Shown: in pieces, positions 47,989 to 58,102 of the stretch
Numbering within the stretch: position 1 is the first letter of the stretch
Layout of the letters: each line of letters opens with the position of its first letter
NCBI GenBank assembly: GCA_963718565.1
Contig: OY970364.1
Span: forward strand, 1,024,001 to 1,088,000
Length of the DNA: 64,000 bases
Origin: an uncultured Verrucomicrobiae bacterium
GTDB taxonomy: Bacteria; Chlamydiota; Chlamydiia; Chlamydiales; Rhabdochlamydiaceae
Direction of reading: 5' to 3'
Program-made: the position numbers and the translations under genes
The notes under the pieces: generated by a model
Seen by the model: the letters and a program-made list of their open reading frames with translations, nothing else
Told to the model about the DNA's origin: nothing
Databases searched by the model: none

Positions 47989-49987
47989 ACTTTATAACCC
48001 CTCAAAGAGGTAGCAAAAATGTATATCACTGAATGTCTAAACAGAATAGAAACAAAAACAGGCTTTCGACCTAAGAAAGAAGGGAGCAGCTATAAAGCGT
48101 GCTGCCCAGCCCACGATGATCAAAACCCAAGTCTTTCCATAAAGGAAGTAGATGGAAAACTTCTCCTGCATTGTTTTGCAGGATGTTCTCCTGAGAAGAT
48201 TTGTTCAACAATTGATTGCAATATCAGCGATCTATTTCTCAATGGGCCGGAAAAATCCTCTGTCACTAAATACCCGTACAAAGATGAACAAAGTAATGTC
48301 CTTTTTACAAAAGTGAGATATGAACCTGGATTGAGAGGGCAAAGCAAAAGTTTTTATTGGGAAAGAGTTGATGCGAATGGAAATATCATTCAAAACTTAA
48401 AAGGATGTCGAAAAATTCTCTACCGTCTGCCAGAACTTTTGGAAGGCATAGCAGGAAATCAGACCATTTTCCTTGTCGAAGGAGAAAAGGATGCAGATAG
48501 ATTAGCACAATGCGGTCTCGTTGCCACCACCACACAAGGTTCTCTTGTTTGGTCCAAAGAATTCACAGAAATCCTTCGCGAGGCAGACGTTGCTATTTTA
48601 TATGATATGGATAAAACGGGAGTTGAACGTAGAGATTTGCTCTGTAAAGAACTAAATGGACAGGTAAAGCGCTTACGTGTGATCGATCTACCCGATCTCG
48701 AATACCAACCATCTCATGGCCAAGACATTAGCGACTGGCTCAATCAGGGCCATACTATTTCGGAGATGCTAGAGCTTCTCGAAAAAACATCAAATTATTC
48801 CCCCAGAGAGAAAAAGAAAATTCGGATTGTGTCGTTGAATGAATTTTTAGAACTGGTATTTCCTCCTCGAGAAAACCTTCTATCCCCATTTCTCCCAGAA
48901 CAAGGTATGTGCATGATCTATGCAAAGCGTGGAGTGGGCAAGACACATATTGCCCTCGGCATTGCTTTTGCCGTGGCTACAGGTGGTCTCTTTCTAAAAT
49001 GGTCGGCGTTAAGGCCTCGTAAAATCTTGTATGTCGACGGAGAAATGCCCGCAAGTGTAATGCAAGAAAGATTGAAAAGATTATCATCGATGTCCAATAC
49101 CCAATTGCCAGATCCTGATTTTTTTCGATTAATCACTCCCGATTTACAAGAGGATTCCTTGCCTGACTTATCTACAAAAGAAGGTCAATCTTTGATAGAA
49201 GAATCGCTCGGAGATAGTGTATTATTGGTTCTCGATAATATATCATCTCTTTTTCGGAGCATTGAAGAAAATGACGCCGATAGCTGGCAGGAGGTCCAAG
49301 ACTGGCTACTCAGACTGCGACGCAAAGGCAAATCCGTGCTTCTCGTGCATCATGCTGGTAAAAATGGATCGCAGAGGGGAAGTAGCAAAAAAGAAGACAT
49401 CCTCGATGCTGTCATGGTGTTGAAGCACACTTCAGGTCAGAAACAAAGCCAAGGAGCGAGCTTTGATATCCTTTTTGAAAAAACAAGGCATTTTCACGGG
49501 GTTGACGCAGAACCATTCCATGCAGAAATAAAAGAATTAGAAGAAGGGGTATGGATTTGGGAAATCAACGAGCCAACAATAGATTGCGCTGCCGACAAAA
49601 AGTTGGACAGAAAATCGAGGGGAATAAGTAACTCTCTGTGTTAAGTCTTTCTCTATAAGCCATTCTGCAGCTCATATTCGCTGCATATTATTCTAAGGTT
49701 ATATTTCCTACAATCTCTTTTTTTCTTTTCTTCTTTTTTCTCCAGTGAGAACTTTCCTGTTTTCGGGGGTGCGGGGGCGAAGCCCCGACCCTCCTCTTAT
49801 TCTGAAAAACAGACCTTATAATGCCCAAACTGAGGTGGATGGGGTAGGGGCCCCATCCGCCGAAGGCGGGAGCAGGGGGGACGGTAGTCCCCCGACAAGC
49901 CTTTCCCAAATAAGCCGGACAGGCTTCTTGAAAAGCCCTCGGAATGCTTGGCATATACGTACACAAACGTTCTTGGATTTTCAACTT

Positions 49988-50875
49988 TCATTTTTTTGCT
50001 TTTTTGACTTCGAATCCTTTGTACTCTCCTTTTGAATATTTGGGTTTGATTCCATGATAAATTTCATTGGGTGTCGCATACAATAAGGCCTGATGCGGTC
50101 TACTGCAATTGAAATGCTCGATATACTCATCAACCCCAGCACGCAGTGCTCTTACTGTTTCATAACGATGTAAATATATTTTTTCGTATTTCAGAGACCA
50201 CCAACCTCTCTCTTGATAGACGTTGTCAATGCACCTGCCCTTGCCGTCCATGCTGATCTTGATACCCCGTTGCCGCAATAATTCTAGAAACGCGGTGCTT
50301 GTAAATTGAGACCCTTGATCCGTGTTAAAATATTCTGGACACGTTTTCTGTAAGGCTATTTCTAGTGCTGCAAGACAAAAATCCACAGTTATAGTGTTCG
50401 AGAGCTCCTGAGCAAGCACGTATCTGCTAAACCAATCGGTCACTGTAATCAGATAGACAAAACCGTTAGCCAATGGGAGAAATGTTATATCGGCACTGAA
50501 AACCTGGTTAGGAGTTCCAATCCACAAACCATTTAATAAATAGGGATAGTGCGGGTGTGATGCGGAGGGTTTGCTGAGGTTTTTTCTGGGAAGAACAGAT
50601 AAAAACCCCATTTTTCTCCATAACCTCTCAATCCTTTTTTCATTCACGTTAAATCCCTCACGCCTTAAATCGGCATGTATTTTTCTATAACCATATTCGG
50701 GTTGCGCATAATGCAATTCTTCTATTTTCTGCATAAGAGCAAGGGTTTCCTCTGACTCTACTATAGGAGCATAGTAATAACTAGATCGAGGGAGGCCCAA
50801 CGCTTCACATTGAGCCTCGACAGATAACATGGGATGTTCAGGTTCAATCAACCTGCGTTTCTCAAGAGTTGTCAA
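49988..50875 (-). CDS. IS3 transposase OrfB (rve)
   Basis: YGYRKI, FSADIT, DWFSR, NTDQGSQFT, DNVYQER. Confidence 0.92.
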   Translation of the reverse strand: MTTLEKRRLIEPEHPMLSVEAQCEALGLPRSSYYYAPIVESEETLALMQKIEELHYAQPEYGYRKIHADLRREGFNVNEKRIERLWRKMGFLSVLPRKNLSKPSASHPHYPYLLNGLWIGTPNQVFSADITFLPLANGFVYLITVTDWFSRYVLAQELSNTITVDFCLAALEIALQKTCPEYFNTDQGSQFTSTAFLELLRQRGIKISMDGKGRCIDNVYQERGWWSLKYEKIYLHRYETVRALRAGVDEYIEHFNCSRPHQALLYATPNEIYHGIKPKYSKGEYKGFEVKKAKK

Positions 50876-51149
50876 CCCCGGTTTTTTTTTTCAAAAATTC
50901 GAGCTGAGACTGAAGCCTGCCTATTTGGGCATAAAGCGCCTCAATGTCTATATCTGGGGCCGATTTTTTTTTACGCCTATCTTCAAACAGCCGCGAGATG
51001 CCTTGAACTGCTTGACTTTTCCATTTGGTGATTTGTGCTGGATGTATTTTGAATTGTTGGGCCAAGTCTGATAGTGTCTTGTCTTCCTTTAATGCCTCAA
51101 GCGCTACCCTGCCTTTAAAACTGGCTTGGTGCGAGATTCGTTTAGCCAT
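50862..51149 (-). CDS. IS3 transposase OrfA (HTH); -1 frameshift at an A10 run (50882-50891)
   Basis: FKGRVALEAL...IHPAQITKWK...LYAQIGRL..LEFLKKK. Confidence 0.92.
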   Translation of the reverse strand: MAKRISHQASFKGRVALEALKEDKTLSDLAQQFKIHPAQITKWKSQAVQGISRLFEDRRKKKSAPDIDIEALYAQIGRLQSQLEFLKKKTGVDNS

Positions 51150-51381
51150 AATGTTTTTCTCCTTTTTGTTTTTTTAGAGAAAAACTTTACACTCGATTTA
51201 ATTTCTTATTCCAGTGTCCAGTTTTTGGGGGGCAGCGCAGATGGTGAAATTCTTGATGTTGCGAAAGGAGTAACTGAAGGTCTTTCCATAAAAGAGATCT
51301 CTGATAAATTCCGCCTTACGAAATCTCAAGTTGAGACGAGAAAACAAAAAGCTGAAAGCCTTGGGCTTATATAAAAACAGT

Positions 51382-51430
51382 CCCCTTCCGATTTTCCGAT
51401 TCCTATAGAAAAAGAAGAAATCGGAAGGGG
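51382..51430. promoter_or_regulatory. Putative origin (or terminator) after the element B primase
   Basis: CCCCTTCCGATT TTCCGATT ... AATCGGAAGGGG. Confidence 0.5.
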
Positions 51431-51447
51431 CTTATTCAGGAGGAATC

Positions 51448-51927
51448 ATGGCAACCGAAAAACAAATCAACGCCAATCAGCGTAATAGCTTAAAATCAAC
51501 TGGACCAACATCAGGGTCCGGCAAAGCAATAGTGGCGCAAAACGCTATAAAGCATGGGATTCTTTCAGCTAAAATCGCTATGGATGAACAAGAGCAAAAA
51601 GACTTTTGCGTCTTCACATCCCAAATGCAAGCATATTTTACGCCGACAAATAGCTTGGAAGAGCTACTTATTGACCGGATTATTTCAAACACATGTCGAC
51701 TTCGAAGAGTCATTCACATTGAGACCCTAATGCTCAAAAGTTGTATCCGAAACGACTGGGAGAACAAAAACTATCAAGGCATTTTTGAAAGCGAATCAGG
51801 ACTAGCAATGACTACCCTTTCTCGCTATGAAAGATCACTAGAACATAGTATCTATCGAAGTCTGAAAGAGCTCCGAGAAATGAGAACACAGACCGAGATC
51901 AATGTTGATGCATTCATAGCAGTGTAA
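51448..51927 (+). CDS. Hypothetical protein with STGPxS..GK...NAxKHG motif
   Basis: MATEKQINANQRNSLKSTGPTS..GK....QNAIKHG; LSRYERSLE; AGGAGG RBS. Confidence 0.85.
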   Translation: MATEKQINANQRNSLKSTGPTSGSGKAIVAQNAIKHGILSAKIAMDEQEQKDFCVFTSQMQAYFTPTNSLEELLIDRIISNTCRLRRVIHIETLMLKSCIRNDWENKNYQGIFESESGLAMTTLSRYERSLEHSIYRSLKELREMRTQTEINVDAFIAV

Positions 51928-52014
51928 AAAAATGGCTTTGTTTCGTAAAAAATGGCCTTTTTCTTGTACTGTTTTGTAATCTTTGGCAATCTTATAAGGT
52001 TTTTAGAGGATAGT

Positions 52015-52209
52015 ATGAAGAAAATCGATGAGTACATGCACATTACAGAGGCGGCTAAATTTCTCGGTGTAACTGCCAATACTCTGAGGAACTGGGAAAA
52101 AGAACAAAAAGTCAAAGTCTATCGCAATCCTCAAAATCGGTATCGGCTCTATAAAAAAGAGGATTTAGCAATTCTATTGGATAAAATCCATGAATCCTTA
52201 AGTAAATAA
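52015..52209 (+). CDS. MerR-like HTH / excisionase
   Basis: ITEAAKFLGVTANTLRNWE...RNPQNRYRLY; GAGGA RBS; TAATG overlap with the integrase. Confidence 0.85.
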   Translation: MKKIDEYMHITEAAKFLGVTANTLRNWEKEQKVKVYRNPQNRYRLYKKEDLAILLDKIHESLSK

Positions 52210-53708
52210 TGATGAAAGCAATTCTATTCGCAAGAGTTTCAAGTAGAGATCAAGAAGAGGGGCAATCTATTCCCTCTCAAGTAAGAAGGCTCAGTGAATA
52301 TGCTCTTAAGAAAAATTTACAAGTCGTAGAAATTTTTCAGATCACCGAATCTTCTACCAAAGAGACTCGTAAGCAATTTGATAAGATTCTAGCCTGTATC
52401 AAACAGTCAAAGCAGCCGATCGCCTTAATCACCGACACTGTGGACCGCCTACAGAGGAGCTTTCGAGAAACCCCCATTCTAAATGAAATGAGACTTGCAG
52501 GAAAGCTTGAATTGCATTTTCTAAGAGAGGGTTTGATTGTCAATCTAAATGCCAATAGCTCACAGCTAATGCAATGGGATATTGGAGTCTTATTTGCATC
52601 GAGTTATGTTCGTCAACTAAGCGATAACGTTAAAAGGAGCAAAGAACAGAGCGTCCGAAACGGGGAATGGATCACAAGAGCACCATTTGGCTATAAAAAC
52701 GTCACACTCTCAACAGGCAAAAAGATCATTGAAGTTGACGCTGAAGAAGCTCCTTTTGTGGTTAAGATGTTTGAACTTTATGCAACTGGCCTCTATTCCT
52801 TTCAAACCATCTCGAACAAAATGACCGAATTGGGATTGAAAAATTCATTGGGAGATCCAATCGGGCCAAGCAGGGTCGAGTTAACCCTGAAAAACCCGTT
52901 TTATTTTGGTTTGATGAAAGTCAAAGGAGAGCTTTATCCTCACAAATACCCTCCTTTGATTTCAGAGTCCCTATTCGATCAAGTACAAGATGTAATGGCA
53001 GGACACAATAAAACCCCATTCAAGTATGCAGGCAACCCAATCCTATTTCGGGGATTAATTTCATGCGAGAACTGTGGTTGCACAGTTACAGGCGATATCA
53101 AAAAGAAAAAATACATCTATTACAGCTGCAACAACTCAAAAAAAATATGCCAAAAAACTTGGGTACGAGAGGAAAAGCTGCTAGAACCTCTTGTGGAATA
53201 TCTCGACCGAATTCAACTGCCAGATGCTTTAATTGAAGATATCATAAGCTACCTAAAGCAAGCCTACTCTCATGAACAGGAGTTCTTCAAGCATTCTCAA
53301 GAAATCCTTCGCAAGGAACTTGATACAATTCAGACAAGATTATCAAAATTAGTTGATATGCATTTGGATGGAGCCCTTGATTCTGATACATACAACGCAA
53401 AGCTGGAAGAATATAAAAAAAGACAGCGTGAGATTACTTCTGAAATGAAGGCTCATGTTAATGCAGATGAAACCTGTCTGATTACGGCGAAAACGGTGCT
53501 GGATCTAGCCAAACGGGCGAAGGAACTGTTCATGAGTTCGAAATTAGAGGAAAAACAGCAATTGTTAAATTTCGTCTTTTCGAACTTGAAATTAGATGGG
53601 AAAAGGCTGGCTGTAACACTGAGAGAACCGTTTTCAACGATCCTGGCAGTGTCACATCAACCAGTAGATCTCCGGATGCAAGATTCGAACTTGCGACCAA
53701 TGGATTAA
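52209..53708 (+). CDS. Large serine recombinase (integrase)
   Basis: ARVSS..Q, DRLQRS, APFGY, NPFY.G, CENCG...YYSC Zn ribbon, coiled coil. Confidence 0.95.
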   Translation: MMKAILFARVSSRDQEEGQSIPSQVRRLSEYALKKNLQVVEIFQITESSTKETRKQFDKILACIKQSKQPIALITDTVDRLQRSFRETPILNEMRLAGKLELHFLREGLIVNLNANSSQLMQWDIGVLFASSYVRQLSDNVKRSKEQSVRNGEWITRAPFGYKNVTLSTGKKIIEVDAEEAPFVVKMFELYATGLYSFQTISNKMTELGLKNSLGDPIGPSRVELTLKNPFYFGLMKVKGELYPHKYPPLISESLFDQVQDVMAGHNKTPFKYAGNPILFRGLISCENCGCTVTGDIKKKKYIYYSCNNSKKICQKTWVREEKLLEPLVEYLDRIQLPDALIEDIISYLKQAYSHEQEFFKHSQEILRKELDTIQTRLSKLVDMHLDGALDSDTYNAKLEEYKKRQREITSEMKAHVNADETCLITAKTVLDLAKRAKELFMSSKLEEKQQLLNFVFSNLKLDGKRLAVTLREPFSTILAVSHQPVDLRMQDSNLRPMD

Positions 53709-53741
53709 CAGTCCACTGCTCTACCGCTGAGCTAATCCGGA
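53670..53741 (-). tRNA. tRNA-Asn(GTT)
   Basis: TCCGGAT TAGCTCAGCGGTAGAGC A GTGGA-CTGTTAA-TCCAT TGGTC GCAAG-TTCGAAT-CTTGC ATCCGGA G; CCA not encoded. Confidence 0.97.
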
Positions 53742-53913
53742 ATAGAAGCAACAATCTTAGTGCAAGCGATGATTTTCTAGCAATTCTGTATTATCGCCAA
53801 ATCATTTAAGATGAAATGCGACATCGACGCCCTTCTCTCAAGAAGAGCAGCTCATCAGTGAAAATAAATTTTCACTTTTTAAATTTTCCTGGAGATAGCT
53901 ATGCTTCCTAATT

Positions 53914-56094
53914 ATGGAAGAAATTTACGGATTCATCGACAGTATCGTCTTTACGGAAAGTGAAAGGGGCTTCACAGTAGCCCGCCTGAAAGAGCCGAAA
54001 AAAAAAGAACTGACCTGTATCGTTGGGGTCATGCCATCTGTGCAGGCGGGAGAGACAATCCGCTGCAAAGGGGGATGGAAAATCCATCCCGAATATGGCC
54101 AGCAGTTTGAAGTAAAATCTTTTACCATCCAACTCCCTTCCGATCTACTGGGAATGCAGAAATACCTCGAATCAGGGATGATTAAAGGGATTGGCCCAGT
54201 CTATGCGGAGAGGATTGTCAAATGCTTTGGTTTGGACACTCTTGAGATCATTGACAAAGATCCTGATCGGTTGTTAGAAGTGCCCGGCATTGGGGGCAAA
54301 CGCGTGGAAAAGATCAAGGCATGCTGGCAGGACCAACAATCGATCCGTGAAGTAATGATCTTCTTGCGCGGCCATGGTGTCAGCCCTTCCTATGCCCAAA
54401 AGATTTTTAAAAATTACGGCGAAAAAAGCATTGAGAAAGTGCGCACCAATCCATTTCAGCTTGCCAAAGAGATCCATGGAATGGGTTTTAAAACAGCCGA
54501 CTCTATCGCTCAAGGCCTTGGCATTCCAACCGATTCACCTGCCAGAATCGATGCAGGGATCGAACATACGTTATGGGAGCTTTCCAATGATGGCCATGTT
54601 TGTTTTCCACTACAAAAGCTTATTCCCGAAGTCGAAGAGATCCTCCAAGTCCCGAAAGATCTGATTGAAAAAAGAATTCAAGCTCTTGTTGACAAACAAG
54701 ATCTCGTCAAACAAAACGATGTGATCTGGGTTAGACCCCTTTTCCTCACCGAAATCGGTATTGCTAGAGAACTCGCGCGTTTGACCCAATCCTTTTGTCG
54801 CATTCGTCCCGTCGACGTCACAAAAGCCCTCGAATGGGTGCAACAGCGGTTGAAAATCGAACTTGCACCCGAACAAAAGGCAGCTGTTGCGCATGGGGTC
54901 AAAGAGAAGGTGCTTATCGTCACTGGGGGTCCGGGAACGGGGAAAAGTACGATTACCCAAGCAATACTGGCCATTTCGGAAAAAATTACCACCCGGATTC
55001 TTCTAGCAGCCCCAACAGGAAGAGCTGCTAAACGGATGACGGAGATCACAAGAAAAAAAGCCTTCACTATCCATAGTTTGCTAGAGGTCGACTTTGCTAC
55101 AGGTAAGTTTAAGCGCAATAAAGACAATCCCCTCCCTTGCGATTTGTTTATCGTCGATGAAGCGAGTATGATCGATACTCAGCTGATGAACCATCTTTTA
55201 AAGGCCATTCCCGCTGAGGCGCGTGTGATTTTTATTGGGGATGTTGACCAATTGCCAAGTGTAGGGCCTGGCAACGTACTCAAAGATATGATCCAATCGG
55301 AAAGAGTCACTGTGATTCAACTCAAAAAAATCTTTCGGCAAGCTGCAGGCTCTCTCATTGTCACTAATGCACATCGCATCAATCAGGGCGAATTTCCCGA
55401 TATTTCTTTTCATCCACACGGAGATTTTCAATTTATTGAAGCAGAAAATCCTGAAGACATTGTGAAGATTATCCTCGATCTCGTTGCTCATCGGTTGCCA
55501 AAGTCGCATCGTTTTCATCGTTTTGATGACATTCAAGTCTTATCTCCGATGAAACGCGGCCCGATTGGAAGCGAGAGCCTCAACATGGTGTTGCAACAAC
55601 AGCTGAATCCCTCTCCCACTCCCCTTTCCCGTTTTGGACGCTGTTTTCACATTGGCGATAAGGTCATGCAGATCCGCAATAATTACGAGAAAGAGGTCTA
55701 TAATGGGGATGTTGGAAAGATTATTGAGATCGACCTGACCGATCAAACTTTGAAAGTGGGCTTCGACGGCAAAGTTGTTCCCTATGATTTCATCGAGATC
55801 GATGAATTGATTTTAGCTTATGCCGTTTCAATCCATAAGTACCAAGGAAGTGAATGTCCTTGTGTGATCATCCCTGTGCACACTTCCCATTTCAAAATGC
55901 TTTTCCGAAACTTGCTCTATACCGGGCTGACACGCGGGAAAAAACGGGTCGTTTTCGTAGGAACGAAAAAAGCACTGGCAATTGCGATCCGCAATGAAGA
56001 AGTTCTAAGACGTCATACAGGGCTGAAGGAGACACTTTGTCAGTTTTTACCACCGAAAACTCAGCAGATCTCTGCACCGGGCTTGGCCTTGTAG
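53914..56094 (+). CDS. recD2: ATP-dependent RecD-like DNA helicase
   Basis: HhH repeats, GGPGTGKST, APTGRAA, DEASM, IHKYQGSE. Confidence 0.95.
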   Translation: MEEIYGFIDSIVFTESERGFTVARLKEPKKKELTCIVGVMPSVQAGETIRCKGGWKIHPEYGQQFEVKSFTIQLPSDLLGMQKYLESGMIKGIGPVYAERIVKCFGLDTLEIIDKDPDRLLEVPGIGGKRVEKIKACWQDQQSIREVMIFLRGHGVSPSYAQKIFKNYGEKSIEKVRTNPFQLAKEIHGMGFKTADSIAQGLGIPTDSPARIDAGIEHTLWELSNDGHVCFPLQKLIPEVEEILQVPKDLIEKRIQALVDKQDLVKQNDVIWVRPLFLTEIGIARELARLTQSFCRIRPVDVTKALEWVQQRLKIELAPEQKAAVAHGVKEKVLIVTGGPGTGKSTITQAILAISEKITTRILLAAPTGRAAKRMTEITRKKAFTIHSLLEVDFATGKFKRNKDNPLPCDLFIVDEASMIDTQLMNHLLKAIPAEARVIFIGDVDQLPSVGPGNVLKDMIQSERVTVIQLKKIFRQAAGSLIVTNAHRINQGEFPDISFHPHGDFQFIEAENPEDIVKIILDLVAHRLPKSHRFHRFDDIQVLSPMKRGPIGSESLNMVLQQQLNPSPTPLSRFGRCFHIGDKVMQIRNNYEKEVYNGDVGKIIEIDLTDQTLKVGFDGKVVPYDFIEIDELILAYAVSIHKYQGSECPCVIIPVHTSHFKMLFRNLLYTGLTRGKKRVVFVGTKKALAIAIRNEEVLRRHTGLKETLCQFLPPKTQQISAPGLAL

Positions 56095-58097
56095 AAGTGA
56101 GGCAATTCTAGGCCTTCGGGAGTATCGGCGGCAAGGACCATGCCTTGGCTTTCGACTCCCATGAGAACGGCGGGCTTGAGATTGGCGACAACGGTAATTT
56201 GTTTGCCGACAAGCAGCGTAATATCCTCCATTTTTTCACCAATACCGGCGACAATGGTGCGCTGCTCGGCGCCTAAGTCGACGGTGAGTTTAAGGAGCTT
56301 TCTGCTTTTTGGAATGCGTTCAACATGGAGGATTTTTGCGACGCGCAAATCAAGTTTGCGCACGTCATCAATCGAGACTTTCTCCTTGTAAGCAGCGGGA
56401 ACAGCTTTGGCTTTTGCTGCCATTTCATTCAATGTTTCCATCTCTTTTTGAATCACGTCATCCTCGACTTTAGTGAAAAGGATTTTGGGTTCAGGAATTG
56501 CCTGTTCAGCGAGCAGCATGGATGTTGTCGTTTCCTCCCATCTTTGTCTTTCAAGCGCTGTTTTAAATCCAAGCATTTTCCAAACTTTTTCAGCAGTTTC
56601 AGGGAGGATTGGAAAAGAGATCAAAGCCAGCACTTTCAAACATTCTAGACAGCAGGCAATAGTATTAGCCATATCTTGATGGGTCACAGCGCTACGGGCA
56701 GCAATCCAGGGCTTTTTAGCGTCAAAATAGATATTTCCGAGTTGCGCAAGCTCCATGATGATCTGCGACGCGCGGCGCAGGCGGAATTGTGCATAGGCCT
56801 CGTCGGCTTCTTTTGCGAGCTCATGCATTTTGTTTAAAAACTGTCTATCCTGCTCATGCAGATGTTTGGTCTCAGGAACTTTTCTTTCGCAATTGGCATA
56901 TGCAAAAACAAGCGCGCGATTGACCAAATTGCCATATTTGCCCAGAAGTTCATTATTGCAACGCGCCTGGAAGTCTTTCCAAGTAAATTCGGAATCCTGG
57001 TTTTCGGGAGCATTAGAGGCAATCACATATCGAATTTGGTCTGCGGTAAATTGTTTGAAGAATGACTCAAGGTCGATATACCAACCTTCCGATTTGCTAA
57101 ACTGCCTCCCCTCAAGATTATAAAATTCGTTGGCAGGAAGTTCATCGACGAGTTTGTAAGGGATATTCTGTCCCATGATCATCGCAGGAAAAAATAGAGC
57201 ATGGAAGGGGATATTGTCTTTGCCGATGAACTGTACGAGCTTTGTATTAGGATCTAGCCAGTAATCTTTCCATGCATCGGGTTTGTTTTTTAACTGTGCC
57301 CATTCTTGAGTAGCAGAAATATAACCAATAGGAGCATCAAACCAGACGTAAAGAACTTTTCCTTCTGTGCCAGGCAGCGGTAGTGGAACTCCCCACTCCA
57401 TATCGCGAGTGATCGCACGCGGTCTGAGTTCGTTGATATACGTCCTGGAAAAATTAACAACGTTGGGCTTCCAAGATTTTTCAGAGATCCAATCATTGAG
57501 CTTATCTTTGAAAAGATCAAAACGCATAAACCAATGCTTCGTCGACTTTCGCACGAGGGAAGAGCCCGTGAGTTTCGAGCGCGGGTTAATAAGATCGGTA
57601 GCCTCATAACTAGCGCCGCATTTTTGGCATTCATCGCCGCGCGCATCGGGAAACCCGCATTTAGGACAGGTCCCGGTCACATAGCGATCAGCGAGGAACT
57701 TTTTGTCATTTTCTGAATAGAGCTGTTCCGTGACCTTTTCCTCGATATAGCCATTATTTAATAAATCCATAAAAAATTGCTGAGTCGTCTTTACATGTCC
57801 GGGCCAAGTTGTGCGAGAGTAATGATCGAACGAAAAATTAAGCTGCGAAAAGAAGTTTTTTAGAACTTCATGATAATAATCAACGTGCTCCTTCGGAGTC
57901 TTGCCTGCCATTTCGGCGCTTAAAGTGATGGCAATCCCATGCTCATCGGAACCGCAAATATAGAGCACGTCACTGCCTTTTAGGCGTTCATAACGTGCGT
58001 AACAATCTCCAGGAAGATAAGCACCGGCGATATGGCCAAAATGAAGGGGGCCATTGGCATAAGGCAATGCGGATGTGATCAGGACCTTGGGTCGCAT
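56061..58097 (-). CDS. metG: Methionine--tRNA ligase
   Basis: PYANGPLHFGH, YVWFDA, GKDN, FSKS, C-terminal tRNA-binding domain. Confidence 0.97.
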   Translation of the reverse strand: MRPKVLITSALPYANGPLHFGHIAGAYLPGDCYARYERLKGSDVLYICGSDEHGIAITLSAEMAGKTPKEHVDYYHEVLKNFFSQLNFSFDHYSRTTWPGHVKTTQQFFMDLLNNGYIEEKVTEQLYSENDKKFLADRYVTGTCPKCGFPDARGDECQKCGASYEATDLINPRSKLTGSSLVRKSTKHWFMRFDLFKDKLNDWISEKSWKPNVVNFSRTYINELRPRAITRDMEWGVPLPLPGTEGKVLYVWFDAPIGYISATQEWAQLKNKPDAWKDYWLDPNTKLVQFIGKDNIPFHALFFPAMIMGQNIPYKLVDELPANEFYNLEGRQFSKSEGWYIDLESFFKQFTADQIRYVIASNAPENQDSEFTWKDFQARCNNELLGKYGNLVNRALVFAYANCERKVPETKHLHEQDRQFLNKMHELAKEADEAYAQFRLRRASQIIMELAQLGNIYFDAKKPWIAARSAVTHQDMANTIACCLECLKVLALISFPILPETAEKVWKMLGFKTALERQRWEETTTSMLLAEQAIPEPKILFTKVEDDVIQKEMETLNEMAAKAKAVPAAYKEKVSIDDVRKLDLRVAKILHVERIPKSRKLLKLTVDLGAEQRTIVAGIGEKMEDITLLVGKQITVVANLKPAVLMGVESQGMVLAADTPEGLELPHFYKAKPGAEIC

Positions 58098-58102
58098 GGA
58101 AT

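Larger units (their letters stand above)
49585..51239 (-). mobile_element. Complete IS3-family element (1655 bp)
   Basis: TIRs TGCGCTGCC...TGGACA; 3-bp TSD GAT at 49582-84 and 51240-42. Confidence 0.93.
48019..51374 (+). pseudogene. Zn-finger/TOPRIM primase + AAA_25 (RecA-like) helicase + C-terminal HTH, interrupted by IS3
   Basis: CPAHDD..PSL, HCFAGC, VEGEKDA, DMD, AKRGVGKT, HHAGK..QRG; removing the IS restores EPTIDGEILD...AESLGLI*. Confidence 0.9.
35900..53708. mobile_element. Element B: serine-integrase element at the tRNA-Asn 3' end (left end not located)
   Basis: Serine recombinase overlapping tRNA, HTH, primase-helicase, divergent defence cargo. Confidence 0.7.

Noticed and set aside
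49688..50035. ORFs in the IS3 3' region
   Set aside because: Overlap in several frames over GC-rich hairpins; no recognisable protein features
15268..53708. Intact prophage or ICE
   Set aside because: No capsid, portal, large terminase, tail, lysis, relaxase or T4SS genes recognised
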